A stretch of 64,000 bases of DNA from a virus (IMGVR_UViG_3300023184_000039:76646-140645), one strand, 5' to 3'; shown: positions 40,549-50,477, counted from the first letter of the stretch. The notes: generated by a model not told the origin, from the sequence alone. Program-made: numbers and translations.

Positions 40549-41112
40549 TTGAAAACAATCACAGGCTGGGTTATATCTATTCTTATATTGAGCATCGGGT
40601 TGGCAATTCCGGTCCAAGCTCAGAAGGTTGATGCGCCCTCTGTGTCAGTCGTTCCACTAGTTGTTCCGGAACGGGTTGTTGAGACCGTTCCTAAAGCCAT
40701 TGTGTTCAGTCACGGCGATATCTCTTGGTTGCCTGAATTAGCAATACAAGCGGGTTGGAAGCCAAAACAGATTGCTCGGCTTGGTCAAATCATCTTACGT
40801 GAGTCGGGCGGTTGCCCTAATCGTAAGGGCGGCGACATTGTGGACAAGAACTGTAATGTCACGGGTATATCTGACCTTTCCCATCGCTCTGACTCAGGTC
40901 TACTCCAAATCAACGGGGTAAATTACGATGTTTCTCGCAATAAGTGGGCAACAGTTTGTAGAGCAGGCATCGCCTGTTCACAAGAACCACTTCTTGATGC
41001 CCTCACAAACCTTCGTGCCGGATACGAGATGTTCAAAGTGTCCGGTTGGGGGCCTTGGGACCCGTGCCAATGGGGTCCAGAGTATGCCGCTCGTTGTAAG
41101 GCTGGCAACTAA
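40549..41112 (+). CDS. Secreted lytic transglycosylase (SLT-like)
   Basis: Signal peptide; ILRESGG, DSGLLQIN, N...G..GWGPW. Confidence 0.85.
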   Translation: MKTITGWVISILILSIGLAIPVQAQKVDAPSVSVVPLVVPERVVETVPKAIVFSHGDISWLPELAIQAGWKPKQIARLGQIILRESGGCPNRKGGDIVDKNCNVTGISDLSHRSDSGLLQINGVNYDVSRNKWATVCRAGIACSQEPLLDALTNLRAGYEMFKVSGWGPWDPCQWGPEYAARCKAGN

Positions 41113-41603
41113 CTCTTGTCTAGTGACCTGTCTGAGGCAGGGTCACGTACTTCCCACAAACCCTTCTTGACCTTCCTGAAGTAAGGACTGTCCTGAACGA
41201 ACTTCAGGGTTGTTTGGTAAGAGAACCCACCAATCTCCACTAGTTCTTCCGTTGTCTTTTGGACAAAGATATTCTGTTTTGCCCAAGACACAAGTTTGTC
41301 GTACTTGTCTACTCGTTTCTCTTTGGGGGCGATAACTACTTCGTCAATGTCCTCGCCGCAATACTCCTGGACGAGTGAAATGATTGTCCTCTCGCTAACT
41401 GAATAACTCCCAAGAAGTCGGGCCGCAGAACCCTTGCCGTCCCAACCTTTGAGGATATAAAGTCCACGTGTACGGTCACTAATTGACTGAGCGACATCAC
41501 CTGGAACGGCAAACTTGTCTCCGTATTCTTGTGCAGCGTCGCGCCAAAGTGCCTGGTGTTCTGCCTCTATTTCATTGTCTGTGATTGTTCTGGTAAGTGC
41601 CAT
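41109..41603 (-). CDS. Hypothetical leaderless protein (possible C-terminal wHTH)
   Basis: ATG 6 nt after the -10 of motif copy 41622. Confidence 0.7.
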   Translation of the reverse strand: MALTRTITDNEIEAEHQALWRDAAQEYGDKFAVPGDVAQSISDRTRGLYILKGWDGKGSAARLLGSYSVSERTIISLVQEYCGEDIDEVVIAPKEKRVDKYDKLVSWAKQNIFVQKTTEELVEIGGFSYQTTLKFVQDSPYFRKVKKGLWEVRDPASDRSLDKS

Positions 41604-41605
41604 AA

Positions 41606-42070
41606 CTACATCATATCCAGATGGGACGCTAGTGAGACGCCTCTTGTTTCAGCGAGAAGTATCAGGTCTTTTGCGTTCTCAATGGCCGCATCAAGGTCAT
41701 CACAAATATAGTCAATGTGTTCACCGTCATTGGACAAGTCATACAAATCAAACCAAGAGTTATTGACCCACTCTGTTCGAGGGCCGGCATCAAAGACTTG
41801 TTTATCTGTAATGAAGTGTTCTTCTAAATCATCGCAGTACCGGACAACACTAAAGTTGCTATCTTTGTGTTTTGCTGCCGCATCTTCCCAGATATGGACG
41901 CGCATTTCACCATCGGCATAAATACCAATGAGATATTCACCCTTTCCTACAGAGCCAACGAGCTGATGACATTGATTATCCCAAGTCCACCACATCGAAT
42001 CTAATCGGTCCGGATTGCGAGGTTCCTCTAAATCAATAGTAAAACCATCGGCGTCAATGTACGGGTTCAT
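41606..42070 (-). CDS. Hypothetical protein
   Basis: 154-aa ORF whose 3' end runs through motif copy 41622. Confidence 0.65.
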   Translation of the reverse strand: MNPYIDADGFTIDLEEPRNPDRLDSMWWTWDNQCHQLVGSVGKGEYLIGIYADGEMRVHIWEDAAAKHKDSNFSVVRYCDDLEEHFITDKQVFDAGPRTEWVNNSWFDLYDLSNDGEHIDYICDDLDAAIENAKDLILLAETRGVSLASHLDMM

Positions 42071-42294
42071 TACTTCTCGTCGCCAAATCTGCTCATAAAA
42101 TCGTAATTGACAGATAGCCGTTCGTGAATAGAACAGACATCTCTCGTATTGAATCGACTAAGAACAGTCGTGCAGGCTTCGTGCGAACAACGTCTCTCGC
42201 CCTCTACTGGCCGAGTATGAATACGCTGCCGCCTCTCCCTTATTTTCTGATTACGACTGTCTCGTTGCTGTCTTGTCATTTCTCTGTATGGCAC
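42070..42294 (-). CDS. Small Cys/His protein
   Basis: C....C.T.LSRFN...C..H. Confidence 0.6.
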   Translation of the reverse strand: MPYREMTRQQRDSRNQKIRERRQRIHTRPVEGERRCSHEACTTVLSRFNTRDVCSIHERLSVNYDFMSRFGDEK

Positions 42295-42521
42295 TAAAGT
42301 TCCTCTCCGTCCTCGTCTGTGTAGATAAGACGGTGAAGACTACCAAAAATCTCTTGTGCTTCGGCATCAACCACTTCCATAATGTCATCAAGTGACGGGT
42401 CATTGTTCCCACCCTTGACTGCAAGTGTCTCGCAGATATCGGCCACATCAAACATAAAGAGTTTGCTGACATTTATGTATTTAGGAAGTGTTCCGTCCGA
42501 TAGGTGTTCCGTTGTCGTCAT
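42294..42521 (-). CDS. Hypothetical protein
   Basis: Translationally coupled operon member. Confidence 0.6.
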   Translation of the reverse strand: MTTTEHLSDGTLPKYINVSKLFMFDVADICETLAVKGGNNDPSLDDIMEVVDAEAQEIFGSLHRLIYTDEDGEEL

Positions 42522-42796
42522 TAGCCAACCAACTCATCGGAATAGAACTCTGACAATGGGTTCTCGGCAACATGCTTGCTTGCCGAGAGTGGCGAATTGT
42601 TTGCAAAATAATTGGCAGCAAATCCGTCATTGTAGTAAACGTGTTGAACTGGCTTCATTGACATATCAACGATTAGTAGTTGCCCACCAACCTGTATGTA
42701 TGCCTGTCCACCGTTGAAGTGGTACAGCCTGTTCTCACGGGCTGCTTGGTCTATTTCTTTTGCCCACTCGCTGTGGGTTACTGGTGCTGTTTTCAT
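42521..42796 (-). CDS. Hypothetical protein
   Basis: ACCTACTA leader and AAGGAG RBS after motif copy 42837. Confidence 0.65.
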   Translation of the reverse strand: MKTAPVTHSEWAKEIDQAARENRLYHFNGGQAYIQVGGQLLIVDMSMKPVQHVYYNDGFAANYFANNSPLSASKHVAENPLSEFYSDELVG

Positions 42797-42855
42797 AACT
42801 TCTCCTTGTGTAGTAGGTGTATTCATCTTACTTACTTGGGACGCTGATGAGACAG

Positions 42856-43092
42856 TCATAATGCGAAGGTCACCCCATCTGTGTCAATTCCGAATAGAAC
42901 ACCACCACCGTTGCCCTCGTAATCCTGTGAAGGATAAAGTCGGACACCGTTACTCAACACCATTACAAGTGGTGTTCCGTTTCCGTATCTGACTTCCCAA
43001 CCCTCTGCCTCAATTTCGGCAGGTGTCATTGGGCGAAGCTCGGTAATGGTCATACCCTCAATCGCTACTAAGTTTTCTGTTGTGTTTGTCAT
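42856..43092 (-). CDS. Hypothetical leaderless protein
   Basis: After motif copy 43111; PSQDYEGNGGG. Confidence 0.7.
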   Translation of the reverse strand: MTNTTENLVAIEGMTITELRPMTPAEIEAEGWEVRYGNGTPLVMVLSNGVRLYPSQDYEGNGGGVLFGIDTDGVTFAL

Positions 43093-43098
43093 AAATAC

Positions 43099-43187
43099 AT
43101 AGTACCTAGTTGGGACGCTTGTGAGACAATTCGACCTCGCAAGCTCTCCGGCCCAGTTGTCTCATCTGCGTCCCAAGTTGTTATAGT
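43099..43187. promoter_or_regulatory. Back-to-back motif promoter pair
   Basis: Copies 43111(-) and 43158(+), with TACTAT and TATAGT boxes. Confidence 0.8.
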
Positions 43188-43217
43188 TGTATCACCTACT
43201 AGACAAAGGAGCCCACT

Positions 43218-43676
43218 ATGGGTTTAGACCAATACCTTTACGCAAAGCAATACACATCTGAAAGCGATTACGCACGACCTGACAAGTTTGCTGTTCTCAA
43301 AGATGTAGTTGGCAGCGACATCAAGTTTCTTGTCAAAGAAAGTCCAAGCATCTCTGTTGAGATGAAAGTCGGTCAATGGCGCAAAGCCAACGCAATTCAC
43401 GCATACTTCGTGGACAACTGCCAAAACGGCGAGGACGATTGCCGTGAGAGTTATGTGGACAGAGAGAAACTTGTAGAACTGCTTGACTTGTGTAAGCAAG
43501 TTATTGCTGACCACTCAAAGGCAGATGAATTGTTGTCCACTCAATCAGGTTTCTTTTTTGGCTCAACGGAATACGGCGAGTGGTACTTCCAAGACTTAGA
43601 GGACACCGTGAGTATCTTGGAGAATTGCCTCACAATGGAAGACACTTGGGAGTTCTACTACCAATCATCTTGGTAG
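43218..43676 (+). CDS. Conserved phage protein
   Basis: MGLDQYL..WRKANAIH..GFFFGSTEY..YYQSSW. Confidence 0.75.
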   Translation: MGLDQYLYAKQYTSESDYARPDKFAVLKDVVGSDIKFLVKESPSISVEMKVGQWRKANAIHAYFVDNCQNGEDDCRESYVDREKLVELLDLCKQVIADHSKADELLSTQSGFFFGSTEYGEWYFQDLEDTVSILENCLTMEDTWEFYYQSSW

Positions 43677-43687
43677 AGAGCCAACCA

Positions 43688-43882
43688 ATGACCAAACCAA
43701 TGACCAAACAGGAACGTGTTCTCCACGATATTCTCCACGACATTCGACTATGGGCATATTATGGAAAACAAGCTGATGCTGGTGCTGTTGAGCGTAGAAA
43801 AATCCTGCGGCATATAGAGAAGTTAGCCAAGTCTGCCCTAGATGTCTCACCTGCGTCCCAGCGAGGTAAAGTGAAAGTATGA
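43688..43882 (+). CDS. Hypothetical protein
   Basis: C-terminus encoded across motif copy 43843. Confidence 0.5.
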   Translation: MTKPMTKQERVLHDILHDIRLWAYYGKQADAGAVERRKILRHIEKLAKSALDVSPASQRGKVKV

Positions 43883-44502
43883 ACCCGACAGAATTACACC
43901 CCGACTTACAGGCGCACTCATACGAACACCCGGAATTGGGTTTCGCTATCGCGCACCCACTCTTACACACGATTGCTTGGGCCGATGCCGCGACTATCAA
44001 CAAGAATTATCTACAAAAAGTTGATGCTGTTGCGAGTGCGCTAGAGGAACAACGTTGGAGTTCGTACATCTATCTCCACGAAAAGCCATATCGGGTTGAC
44101 GCCTTCATTGAGGTCGCTGATGAGTTGGGCAACAAGGATTATTGGGAACTACTCGCAAGTGTTTGGACTGGCTCTGAAAACATTTGGCAAAACATTGACA
44201 GTTGGGTATCTCTTTGGAACTCGACCCGGCCTAACCGTGAACTGGCGATGACAGAGAACGACAGAGATGAACTGGCCGCATACCCGGACACGTTCACCGT
44301 TTATCGTGGCGCACTATTTGACGAGAACGAGCAAGGTATGTCTTGGACTAGCGACTACGACAAGGCTAAATGGTTCTCCACACGCTTCGCAGGAGAGGGG
44401 GATGTACCTGTAGTCGTGGAACGTGTCATCAACAAGAGCGAAGTCCTTGCCTACCTAAGTGGGAGAGGCGAGAGCGAAGTCGTATTGGACTTGTCTCTCT
44501 AG
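43879..44502 (+). CDS. Putative ADP-ribosyltransferase-like protein
   Basis: TVYRG..GMSWT..A.WF..GESEVV (R-S-E pattern); leaderless after a motif copy. Confidence 0.55.
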   Translation: MNPTELHPDLQAHSYEHPELGFAIAHPLLHTIAWADAATINKNYLQKVDAVASALEEQRWSSYIYLHEKPYRVDAFIEVADELGNKDYWELLASVWTGSENIWQNIDSWVSLWNSTRPNRELAMTENDRDELAAYPDTFTVYRGALFDENEQGMSWTSDYDKAKWFSTRFAGEGDVPVVVERVINKSEVLAYLSGRGESEVVLDLSL

Positions 44503-44548
44503 CGTCCCACTCGGATACGATGTAATCACTCAACAAGGGAGAAAACCG

Positions 44549-44788
44549 ATGCCAATTTACAATGTCACCAATGTAGAAACCAGAGAAACCAAATCAAATC
44601 GCTACATCACCTACAACCTGACGAAAGAACTGCCGCTGGAGTGGGACAAGTGGAGTTTTGATGACCAGAGTGCTTGGCTAAACAATAATGCCGAGTTCAT
44701 ACGCGATGAGTTTGAGGAAACCGATGAAGAAGTGACCGATGAGGTCGGTGTTGCTGTTGAATTAGACGAACTGAACAAGGACATCTAA
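44549..44788 (+). CDS. Hypothetical protein
   Basis: AAGGGAG RBS after motif copy 44492. Confidence 0.65.
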   Translation: MPIYNVTNVETRETKSNRYITYNLTKELPLEWDKWSFDDQSAWLNNNAEFIRDEFEETDEEVTDEVGVAVELDELNKDI

Positions 44789-44789
44789 T

Positions 44790-45110
44790 ATGGAATACGT
44801 CAAGGACGAATTAGAACTCTGGGAAGATAAATACAAGCCCGTACAAAACCACATCAACGGAGATGCGTCGTGGGACGGAGTAATGTATGAAACATACGGC
44901 GCAGAATACGATTATGTGACGAAAGTAGCGAGTTTGCAGCCACATAAAGTATGGACTTGGGTCGATGGTGACAATGGAACGTACATCATCAACGGTTGGC
45001 ATATGGTCAATCGCATTGGATACTTTATTACGCAAGTTCCGTGTGAGTTTGATGACCAAATTGAGGTTCGCGTGGACACCTATGATGATTCGGGTATCTA
45101 TTTAGTCTGA
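44790..45110 (+). CDS. Hypothetical protein
   Basis: YETYG.E..VWT.VDGD..G.H.VNRIGYFIT. Confidence 0.7.
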   Translation: MEYVKDELELWEDKYKPVQNHINGDASWDGVMYETYGAEYDYVTKVASLQPHKVWTWVDGDNGTYIINGWHMVNRIGYFITQVPCEFDDQIEVRVDTYDDSGIYLV

Positions 45111-45358
45111 TTCCTACGTCTCTGACGTTGTCTGAGAGTAGTCGCGCCCCATATGCCGTGAAGCTTCGGGTATGAATTAGCGAACTCGCCGCACTCAATG
45201 AGAACCGGACAAGTTTTGCATATTTCGACGGCCTTGCGGGTGCCGGTATTAGCTTCGCCACGTTCCGGGAACCACCAGCTCGTTGGGAGCCCTCTACAAT
45301 CGCCATCAAATCGAGGAACCGGTATTTCATCTTCGAGTATCTCGATATCGTGAAACAT
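45098..45358 (-). CDS. whiB: Second WhiB-family transcription factor
   Basis: C.G..WWFP..C..CPV..EC..GIWGA. Confidence 0.88.
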   Translation of the reverse strand: MFHDIEILEDEIPVPRFDGDCRGLPTSWWFPERGEANTGTRKAVEICKTCPVLIECGEFANSYPKLHGIWGATTLRQRQRRRNQTK

Positions 45359-45386
45359 CTGGTCACCATATCGGGACTTGGGCGGT

Positions 45387-47243
45387 TTACAACCCTATTC
45401 TTTTCATAAACGCAGCCGCTACATCTTGCCCGGAAGCTCCTTCGATAGCTTCTGTTACAATCGAGAGCTTACGCTGCAGTAAATTGTAAATATCTTCATC
45501 AATCGAGTTCTCCATCAGCGCGTACGTGGCCGTAACTGACCCGGTTTGCCCAATTCGATGCAATCGACTAAATGTTTGCTGCACGTCGGCGGGCGTCCAG
45601 GGCAGTTCGACAAACAAAATGTCTTGCGCCGCTGTCAATGTGTGCCCGGTCTTCGCCGCTTGTATTGAAAGAACGATTACCGGAGCTTCTTCGACGCTTG
45701 ATTCCTGGAATATCTTCTTATTTTCTTCGATTTGCTCGACAGTCATACCGCCTTGTATCTTCAGGCCGCCGAACCGCTGCGCTAAAGCATCAACAATGTC
45801 CCGATGGTGAGCCGCAACCACAACTTTCTTCCCGGCGTCTACACGTTCCTCAATCCACTCGATTACAGCCGGCATTTTGGCATATGCGGCCAGTCGACGC
45901 AGCACGCTTATCTTCGCAAGCTGAGTTGGCACGTCTAGGCCGCTGTTATCCCGCAAAAACGTAGAAACATCGTCTTCTGCGGCTTGATATTCCTTCTTTC
46001 CGGCTGTCGAGCCCTCAAATGTAACAATCGAGTGCATCACCGGGGGCAATTCTGTTAAAACTTGCGCCTTTGTACGCCGGATATAACACGTCGAGCGCAA
46101 TAAATCGTTCAATTCATCAAGATTTGAGTTACCTTCGAGGTGCCATTGGCCCCATTTGTCCTGGAACGCAGCGCAATAGCGGCGATAAAAGCCCCAGCGG
46201 CCGCCAAACTTGTTTAATTGGCCAAGAAGTTCAAGCTGCGGCGCATATTCTGCGGGTTTTGACGTTACCGGAGTGCCAGTTAGGCACAATATCGGGACTT
46301 CCGCACCAGAAGCGCGGGTCATTTTGAGTGCACTCTTTGTACGTTGAGCCGGAAAGCTCTTCAGATAGTGAGATTCATCAAAAATGTATGCATTTAGCCC
46401 GGTCAGCTGCCGCTCCCAGGCCGTAATGTTGGAATAACCGACAATAACTACGTCAAAGCTGCCGCGTTCCGGGAAGTTTTTTCGATTTTTTACAACTTTT
46501 ACGCGTCTACTGGGAGCCCACTTTGCATATTCAGCGGCCCAGTTGATGGTTAAGTTGGCGGGGCACGTCACAACCGCTGGAAAACATTCGATTTTTTGAG
46601 AAATTACCTCGAGCGCAACGATGGCCTGGATGGTTTTACCCAATCCCATCTCATCAGCTATGAATGTTCTTCGCGCGCGAGCCGCATAATTGACTCCGGC
46701 CCGCTGATATGGCATCAGTCCCGTGAATCCTTCGATTATTTGCTCTGTTCCGGTAGCTCGACTTGCGTCTCGAAGCTCATTTAGTCGATTATCGACGTTT
46801 TTTGCAAGCTCCCGGAGCTCAACTGGGACGTGAATTTGGAATGTTTCGGCCCATTTTATGCACTGCTGCAGCGAAGTTACTGGGCTGCGCCAAGCTTTTG
46901 ACTTGGAATGCCACGTTATTCCCGGTATTTGTTTAACGCTGCGCACTTTCACCGGGTCATACCCGAAAGAAAGGTAAATAAACTCGCCAGACTGCGTCAG
47001 TCCCGACATATTGGACATCGGCCGCTCGGGTAACGTCAGAATTAGGACATCCGACTCGATTACGAAGCTATTTTTTTGGGCGAATACTCGAGCTTGTTCA
47101 AGACTTGATACTGGAACACTCCATAAATGGGCTACTTTATCCCACTTGCTACCCGGTATCGCTTTTATCTCGGCTACTTGCTTGACATCATACGGGAAGT
47201 CAAACACCAATACATTGTTCATCAGTATTAGGCGAGAAGTCAC
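45387..47243 (-). CDS. SNF2-family (HARP/SMARCAL1-like) helicase
   Basis: Two N-terminal IPG..W..W repeats; ADEMGLGKT, DESH, LTGTP, SRLHRIGQ. Confidence 0.9.
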   Translation of the reverse strand: MTSRLILMNNVLVFDFPYDVKQVAEIKAIPGSKWDKVAHLWSVPVSSLEQARVFAQKNSFVIESDVLILTLPERPMSNMSGLTQSGEFIYLSFGYDPVKVRSVKQIPGITWHSKSKAWRSPVTSLQQCIKWAETFQIHVPVELRELAKNVDNRLNELRDASRATGTEQIIEGFTGLMPYQRAGVNYAARARRTFIADEMGLGKTIQAIVALEVISQKIECFPAVVTCPANLTINWAAEYAKWAPSRRVKVVKNRKNFPERGSFDVVIVGYSNITAWERQLTGLNAYIFDESHYLKSFPAQRTKSALKMTRASGAEVPILCLTGTPVTSKPAEYAPQLELLGQLNKFGGRWGFYRRYCAAFQDKWGQWHLEGNSNLDELNDLLRSTCYIRRTKAQVLTELPPVMHSIVTFEGSTAGKKEYQAAEDDVSTFLRDNSGLDVPTQLAKISVLRRLAAYAKMPAVIEWIEERVDAGKKVVVAAHHRDIVDALAQRFGGLKIQGGMTVEQIEENKKIFQESSVEEAPVIVLSIQAAKTGHTLTAAQDILFVELPWTPADVQQTFSRLHRIGQTGSVTATYALMENSIDEDIYNLLQRKLSIVTEAIEGASGQDVAAAFMKRIGL

Positions 47244-47265
47244 CTACATAATGTAGCATTGTCCA

Positions 47266-47499
47266 ATGGAACAAGAAGACTTTGATGAACTATCCGCGCC
47301 GATTATCCAGGATGCGAACGTACTCAAGACCAAAATATCCCAACTTGAGACGAAGGTAAGCGAATTACAGAAACAACTTTCAGAAGTGCTGCGCTCTGCA
47401 TCAGACGTTGGCCGACTTGACAAGAGTTGGATGTCCGACAATAGTTCTCTCGGAGCTAAGGCCGGCACTATCGCTGACAGGATGAACAAGAAGAAGTAA
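47266..47499 (+). CDS. Small coiled-coil protein
   Basis: 77 aa; TAGCAT box before a leaderless ATG. Confidence 0.55.
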   Translation: MEQEDFDELSAPIIQDANVLKTKISQLETKVSELQKQLSEVLRSASDVGRLDKSWMSDNSSLGAKAGTIADRMNKKK

Positions 47500-47577
47500 T
47501 AAAGTGCTAGTATTGTTCTCGCACTCGTCTACCTGCTCCTTATCGTCGGGATTTGTGGTTAGCGCTAGGCGAGTGCA

Positions 47578-47883
47578 CTATTCGTAATAACCGTCATTGT
47601 ATCTATCATCGTTGATTGCATCAAGAAAGTCATTCTGCTTTGGTGGAAGTGGAACAACCTCTTGTAAATAGAGAAATGCAAAATACAACAATGCGGCAAG
47701 AAACAATAGGAACATTCGAGTTAGTCCGATGTATCCAAGCAACATAAATATCGGCCTGAACATAAATCGTGGAACGATTGCAAATATCACAACCGACGAG
47801 ATGACCGGGTGCTCTTTCATTCGCACAAGTGTGTTGGCCGCATAATCCCAACTCTTATTTTTGATGATATTCAGTTTGCTCAC
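47578..47883 (-). CDS. Membrane protein
   Basis: Hydrophobic segments. Confidence 0.55.
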   Translation of the reverse strand: MSKLNIIKNKSWDYAANTLVRMKEHPVISSVVIFAIVPRFMFRPIFMLLGYIGLTRMFLLFLAALLYFAFLYLQEVVPLPPKQNDFLDAINDDRYNDGYYE

Positions 47884-47887
47884 ACCT

Positions 47888-48157
47888 TTACTCTACAGAC
47901 TCTAGGAAGTCATAGAGGTGAAGTGTGTCCAATACTTGCTCAATGAGTGCATAGTTCACACCGTGAAATGTAATTCCCTCTGGGAGTTGCATCTCATAAC
48001 CCTCATCACCAAACTCGGCGTAGTGGTCAAGTGCCATCTCGGCAACTTTAACAAGTGAGATTGGCAGCGATGGATAATGATTGTAAATGAGATGGTCTAC
48101 GAGGAGTTGGTGGCGATATTCCACCAACCCCTCGCTTGACAAGATTGAGTCAGTCAT
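47888..48157 (-). CDS. Hypothetical protein
   Basis: MTDSILS..HL.YNHYP; TAATG coupling. Confidence 0.6.
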   Translation of the reverse strand: MTDSILSSEGLVEYRHQLLVDHLIYNHYPSLPISLVKVAEMALDHYAEFGDEGYEMQLPEGITFHGVNYALIEQVLDTLHLYDFLESVE

Positions 48158-48387
48158 TACTTGGACAACCTTGTGTATTCGTACGACTGGCTGATGACAT
48201 TCGAGTGAAGTGCTGAACCGATTGACTCGGCTCCGATGACTGCCTTGACCGTTGCGAGCGAGACACCTGAATAGCAATAGGTGACACCACTTGTGAACGT
48301 TACGAACAACAATTCGTTCGCATACTGAAGGTCACGAACAGACGATGACTCGCCTGCGAGTGAGAAGGTGATTACTGGAGTTGCCAC
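48157..48387 (-). CDS. KTSC-domain protein
   Basis: SSSV..L.Y..L.V.F.SG..Y.Y.GV..AESIG. Confidence 0.75.
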   Translation of the reverse strand: MATPVITFSLAGESSSVRDLQYANELLFVTFTSGVTYCYSGVSLATVKAVIGAESIGSALHSNVISQSYEYTRLSK

Positions 48388-48426
48388 AATGTCCTCTTTC
48401 CGTAGTTGGTTATTTGCCACAAAGAC

Positions 48427-48505
48427 ATCATAGCCAAGTGGGACGCTTATGAGACAATTCGACCCTATGGCCACTTGTCTCACGAGCGTCCCAAGTGGGT
48501 ATTAT
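48427..48505. promoter_or_regulatory. Back-to-back motif promoter pair
   Basis: Copies 48439(-) and 48476(+), with TATGAT and TATTAT boxes. Confidence 0.8.
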
Positions 48506-48511
48506 GTACCT

Positions 48512-48760
48512 ATGACAACACAAATAAACGACAACGAGGTAATCATCAACACTCGCTCCTGTATGCATTGTGGGCAGACTGGCGAACTTGTTGTTCGCTA
48601 CGAGTCCGTAGAGATGCGACAGAGTGGTATGTCTGTCCAAGAAGCTTTTTGGTATTTGGCAGCACCACAACGAGAGCAAATTATCTCGGGAACTCATCCT
48701 CATTGTTGGGAGCAGATGTTTGGGCAGGACTGCGATGACGATGACGATGACGATGAATAA
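48512..48760 (+). CDS. Small Zn-binding protein (leaderless)
   Basis: CMHC..REQIISGTHPHCW. Confidence 0.7.
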   Translation: MTTQINDNEVIINTRSCMHCGQTGELVVRYESVEMRQSGMSVQEAFWYLAAPQREQIISGTHPHCWEQMFGQDCDDDDDDDE

Positions 48761-48820
48761 TTGTCTCACGAGCGTCCCAACTGGGTACACTTACTTCACC
48801 TACTACGAAACGAGGAACTG

Positions 48821-49174
48821 ATGGCTACAACGACAATGCAAGATTGCTGGAGTGATGTAGAATATGCACTCAATGATGCGAAACTCATCGCATTCGATGG
48901 CTGCCACAAGATTTATCTTGCGATGGATGACATTGAGGCGAAGTGGTTTGTGGATAATTACAACGGTAAAGGTTGTGATGACCGAACCTTTCTCGGCTCG
49001 CCCGATGAGATGCTCGCAACTATTCGCACTTGGTGGGATGAGTCTTGTGGACTTCGCTTCATCAATGCCGTATCGCACAACGAGCAAGACCCCAATGCTG
49101 GCTTCGTCACTCTCATCCCACAAGGTGCAGAGGATGAAGTAGAGGTCGATGAGGATGAGGATGACGATGAGTAA
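48821..49174 (+). CDS. Hypothetical protein
   Basis: DGCHKIY..SCGLRFI; ACCTACTA leader. Confidence 0.7.
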   Translation: MATTTMQDCWSDVEYALNDAKLIAFDGCHKIYLAMDDIEAKWFVDNYNGKGCDDRTFLGSPDEMLATIRTWWDESCGLRFINAVSHNEQDPNAGFVTLIPQGAEDEVEVDEDEDDDE

Positions 49175-49378
49175 TCCAATAGAAGTGGACCTAGATACAG
49201 GACTAACAACGTGTTGCCTCGCCTACACAACTTATATGGATGATGGCAACGATGGTTGGATTGAGTGTTGCAAGGCTTGCTATGCAGAGATATCTGGCTG
49301 GGCCGGAGTTGCCCACTAGTCTCACAAGCGTCCCATTGGGATACGATTACTTCACCTACTAAACAGAAACGAGCAATT

Positions 49379-49780
49379 ATGAAACTTACTGGAACTATCT
49401 CAACGAACTGCCAATGCGGCCACCTTGATGGCGATTGTGACGGGTATTGCTACGAGTGGAGTCTCGAAGACTTCGCCAATGTCACGGAGTCATTGTTTGA
49501 CGGGGAGACATACAATAATTCCTACCCGTTCAAGGTTGAGGGAATCGGATTGTGGAATCGTACCGTTGGTGGAGTCGTGTTGGTCGATGACTCCAATGGA
49601 TTGGTAAGAGCGATGTCCGTAAACGGAGACTTCACACTTCGTTGGGAGTTTGACGAGGACACAAAAACTCTTGGTGCTCTATTGAGTCACCACGATTGCC
49701 CGACAGGTAGTTGGGTAACAGTCACCACAATGAGCCGTGACGAGTATATGATTGAGACTGGAGATTACACCTATGCCTAA
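49379..49780 (+). CDS. Hypothetical protein
   Basis: After motif copy 49318; C.C..C..C, HHDCPTG. Confidence 0.7.
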   Translation: MKLTGTISTNCQCGHLDGDCDGYCYEWSLEDFANVTESLFDGETYNNSYPFKVEGIGLWNRTVGGVVLVDDSNGLVRAMSVNGDFTLRWEFDEDTKTLGALLSHHDCPTGSWVTVTTMSRDEYMIETGDYTYA

Positions 49781-49994
49781 TGAATCACTCACTCGCCTAC
49801 AAGAGAGTCTTATGCGCACCATAAATACTCTCTCGGCACTTGTATCAGACATTGAGCAAGGTCAATACACTCAAGACAAGGCGGCCTTTGATTACGACTG
49901 TATGATGAACAACGATGGCTTAGACTTTATGTCATCGTTAGAGTCGTATGCGTTTGATGCGACCGTACCCGACAAACCGGCTGGAGAGCAATAA
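49773..49994 (+). CDS. Hypothetical protein
   Basis: Coupled operon member. Confidence 0.55.
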   Translation: MPNESLTRLQESLMRTINTLSALVSDIEQGQYTQDKAAFDYDCMMNNDGLDFMSSLESYAFDATVPDKPAGEQ

Positions 49995-50287
49995 TGCGCG
50001 AAACTGATAGAAAATTACTACCGGTCCAACTCACGTACGATGAGATTGAGACTACACTCATCGCTCTTATCCTTCGACAAGAGGAGATTATGAGTATTCC
50101 GTTTGATGAGCGAACAGATACGACGCTCTACGAGCTTGACCATATCTTTGAGGTGAGCGAACACCTAAATGACGTGCAGCACCGATACGAGGAACTTGGA
50201 ATAAGCGAGATTGAGCAAGTGGTGTCGCAAATTGACAGAGCGCAGCGACCTAAGAAAAATTGGTTGTCTCGGCTACTCAAACAATGA
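49994..50287 (+). CDS. Hypothetical protein
   Basis: GGAG RBS, TAATG coupling. Confidence 0.6.
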   Translation: MRETDRKLLPVQLTYDEIETTLIALILRQEEIMSIPFDERTDTTLYELDHIFEVSEHLNDVQHRYEELGISEIEQVVSQIDRAQRPKKNWLSRLLKQ

Positions 50288-50477
50288 CATCGGCTTACAC
50301 CTGCCGGGTATGTAATCATCAGCTTGACCCAGCATCATCCAATACAGTTCGCAAGGTAACAGCCTGGTTGCGAGGCTCGAGCAAGACGATATATCGCATT
50401 ACCGATGAACACTACGAGTATGTCCACGACTTCTGCACAGACCATAACAAGGTGGCCCAAAACTCGCTATTTGATGA

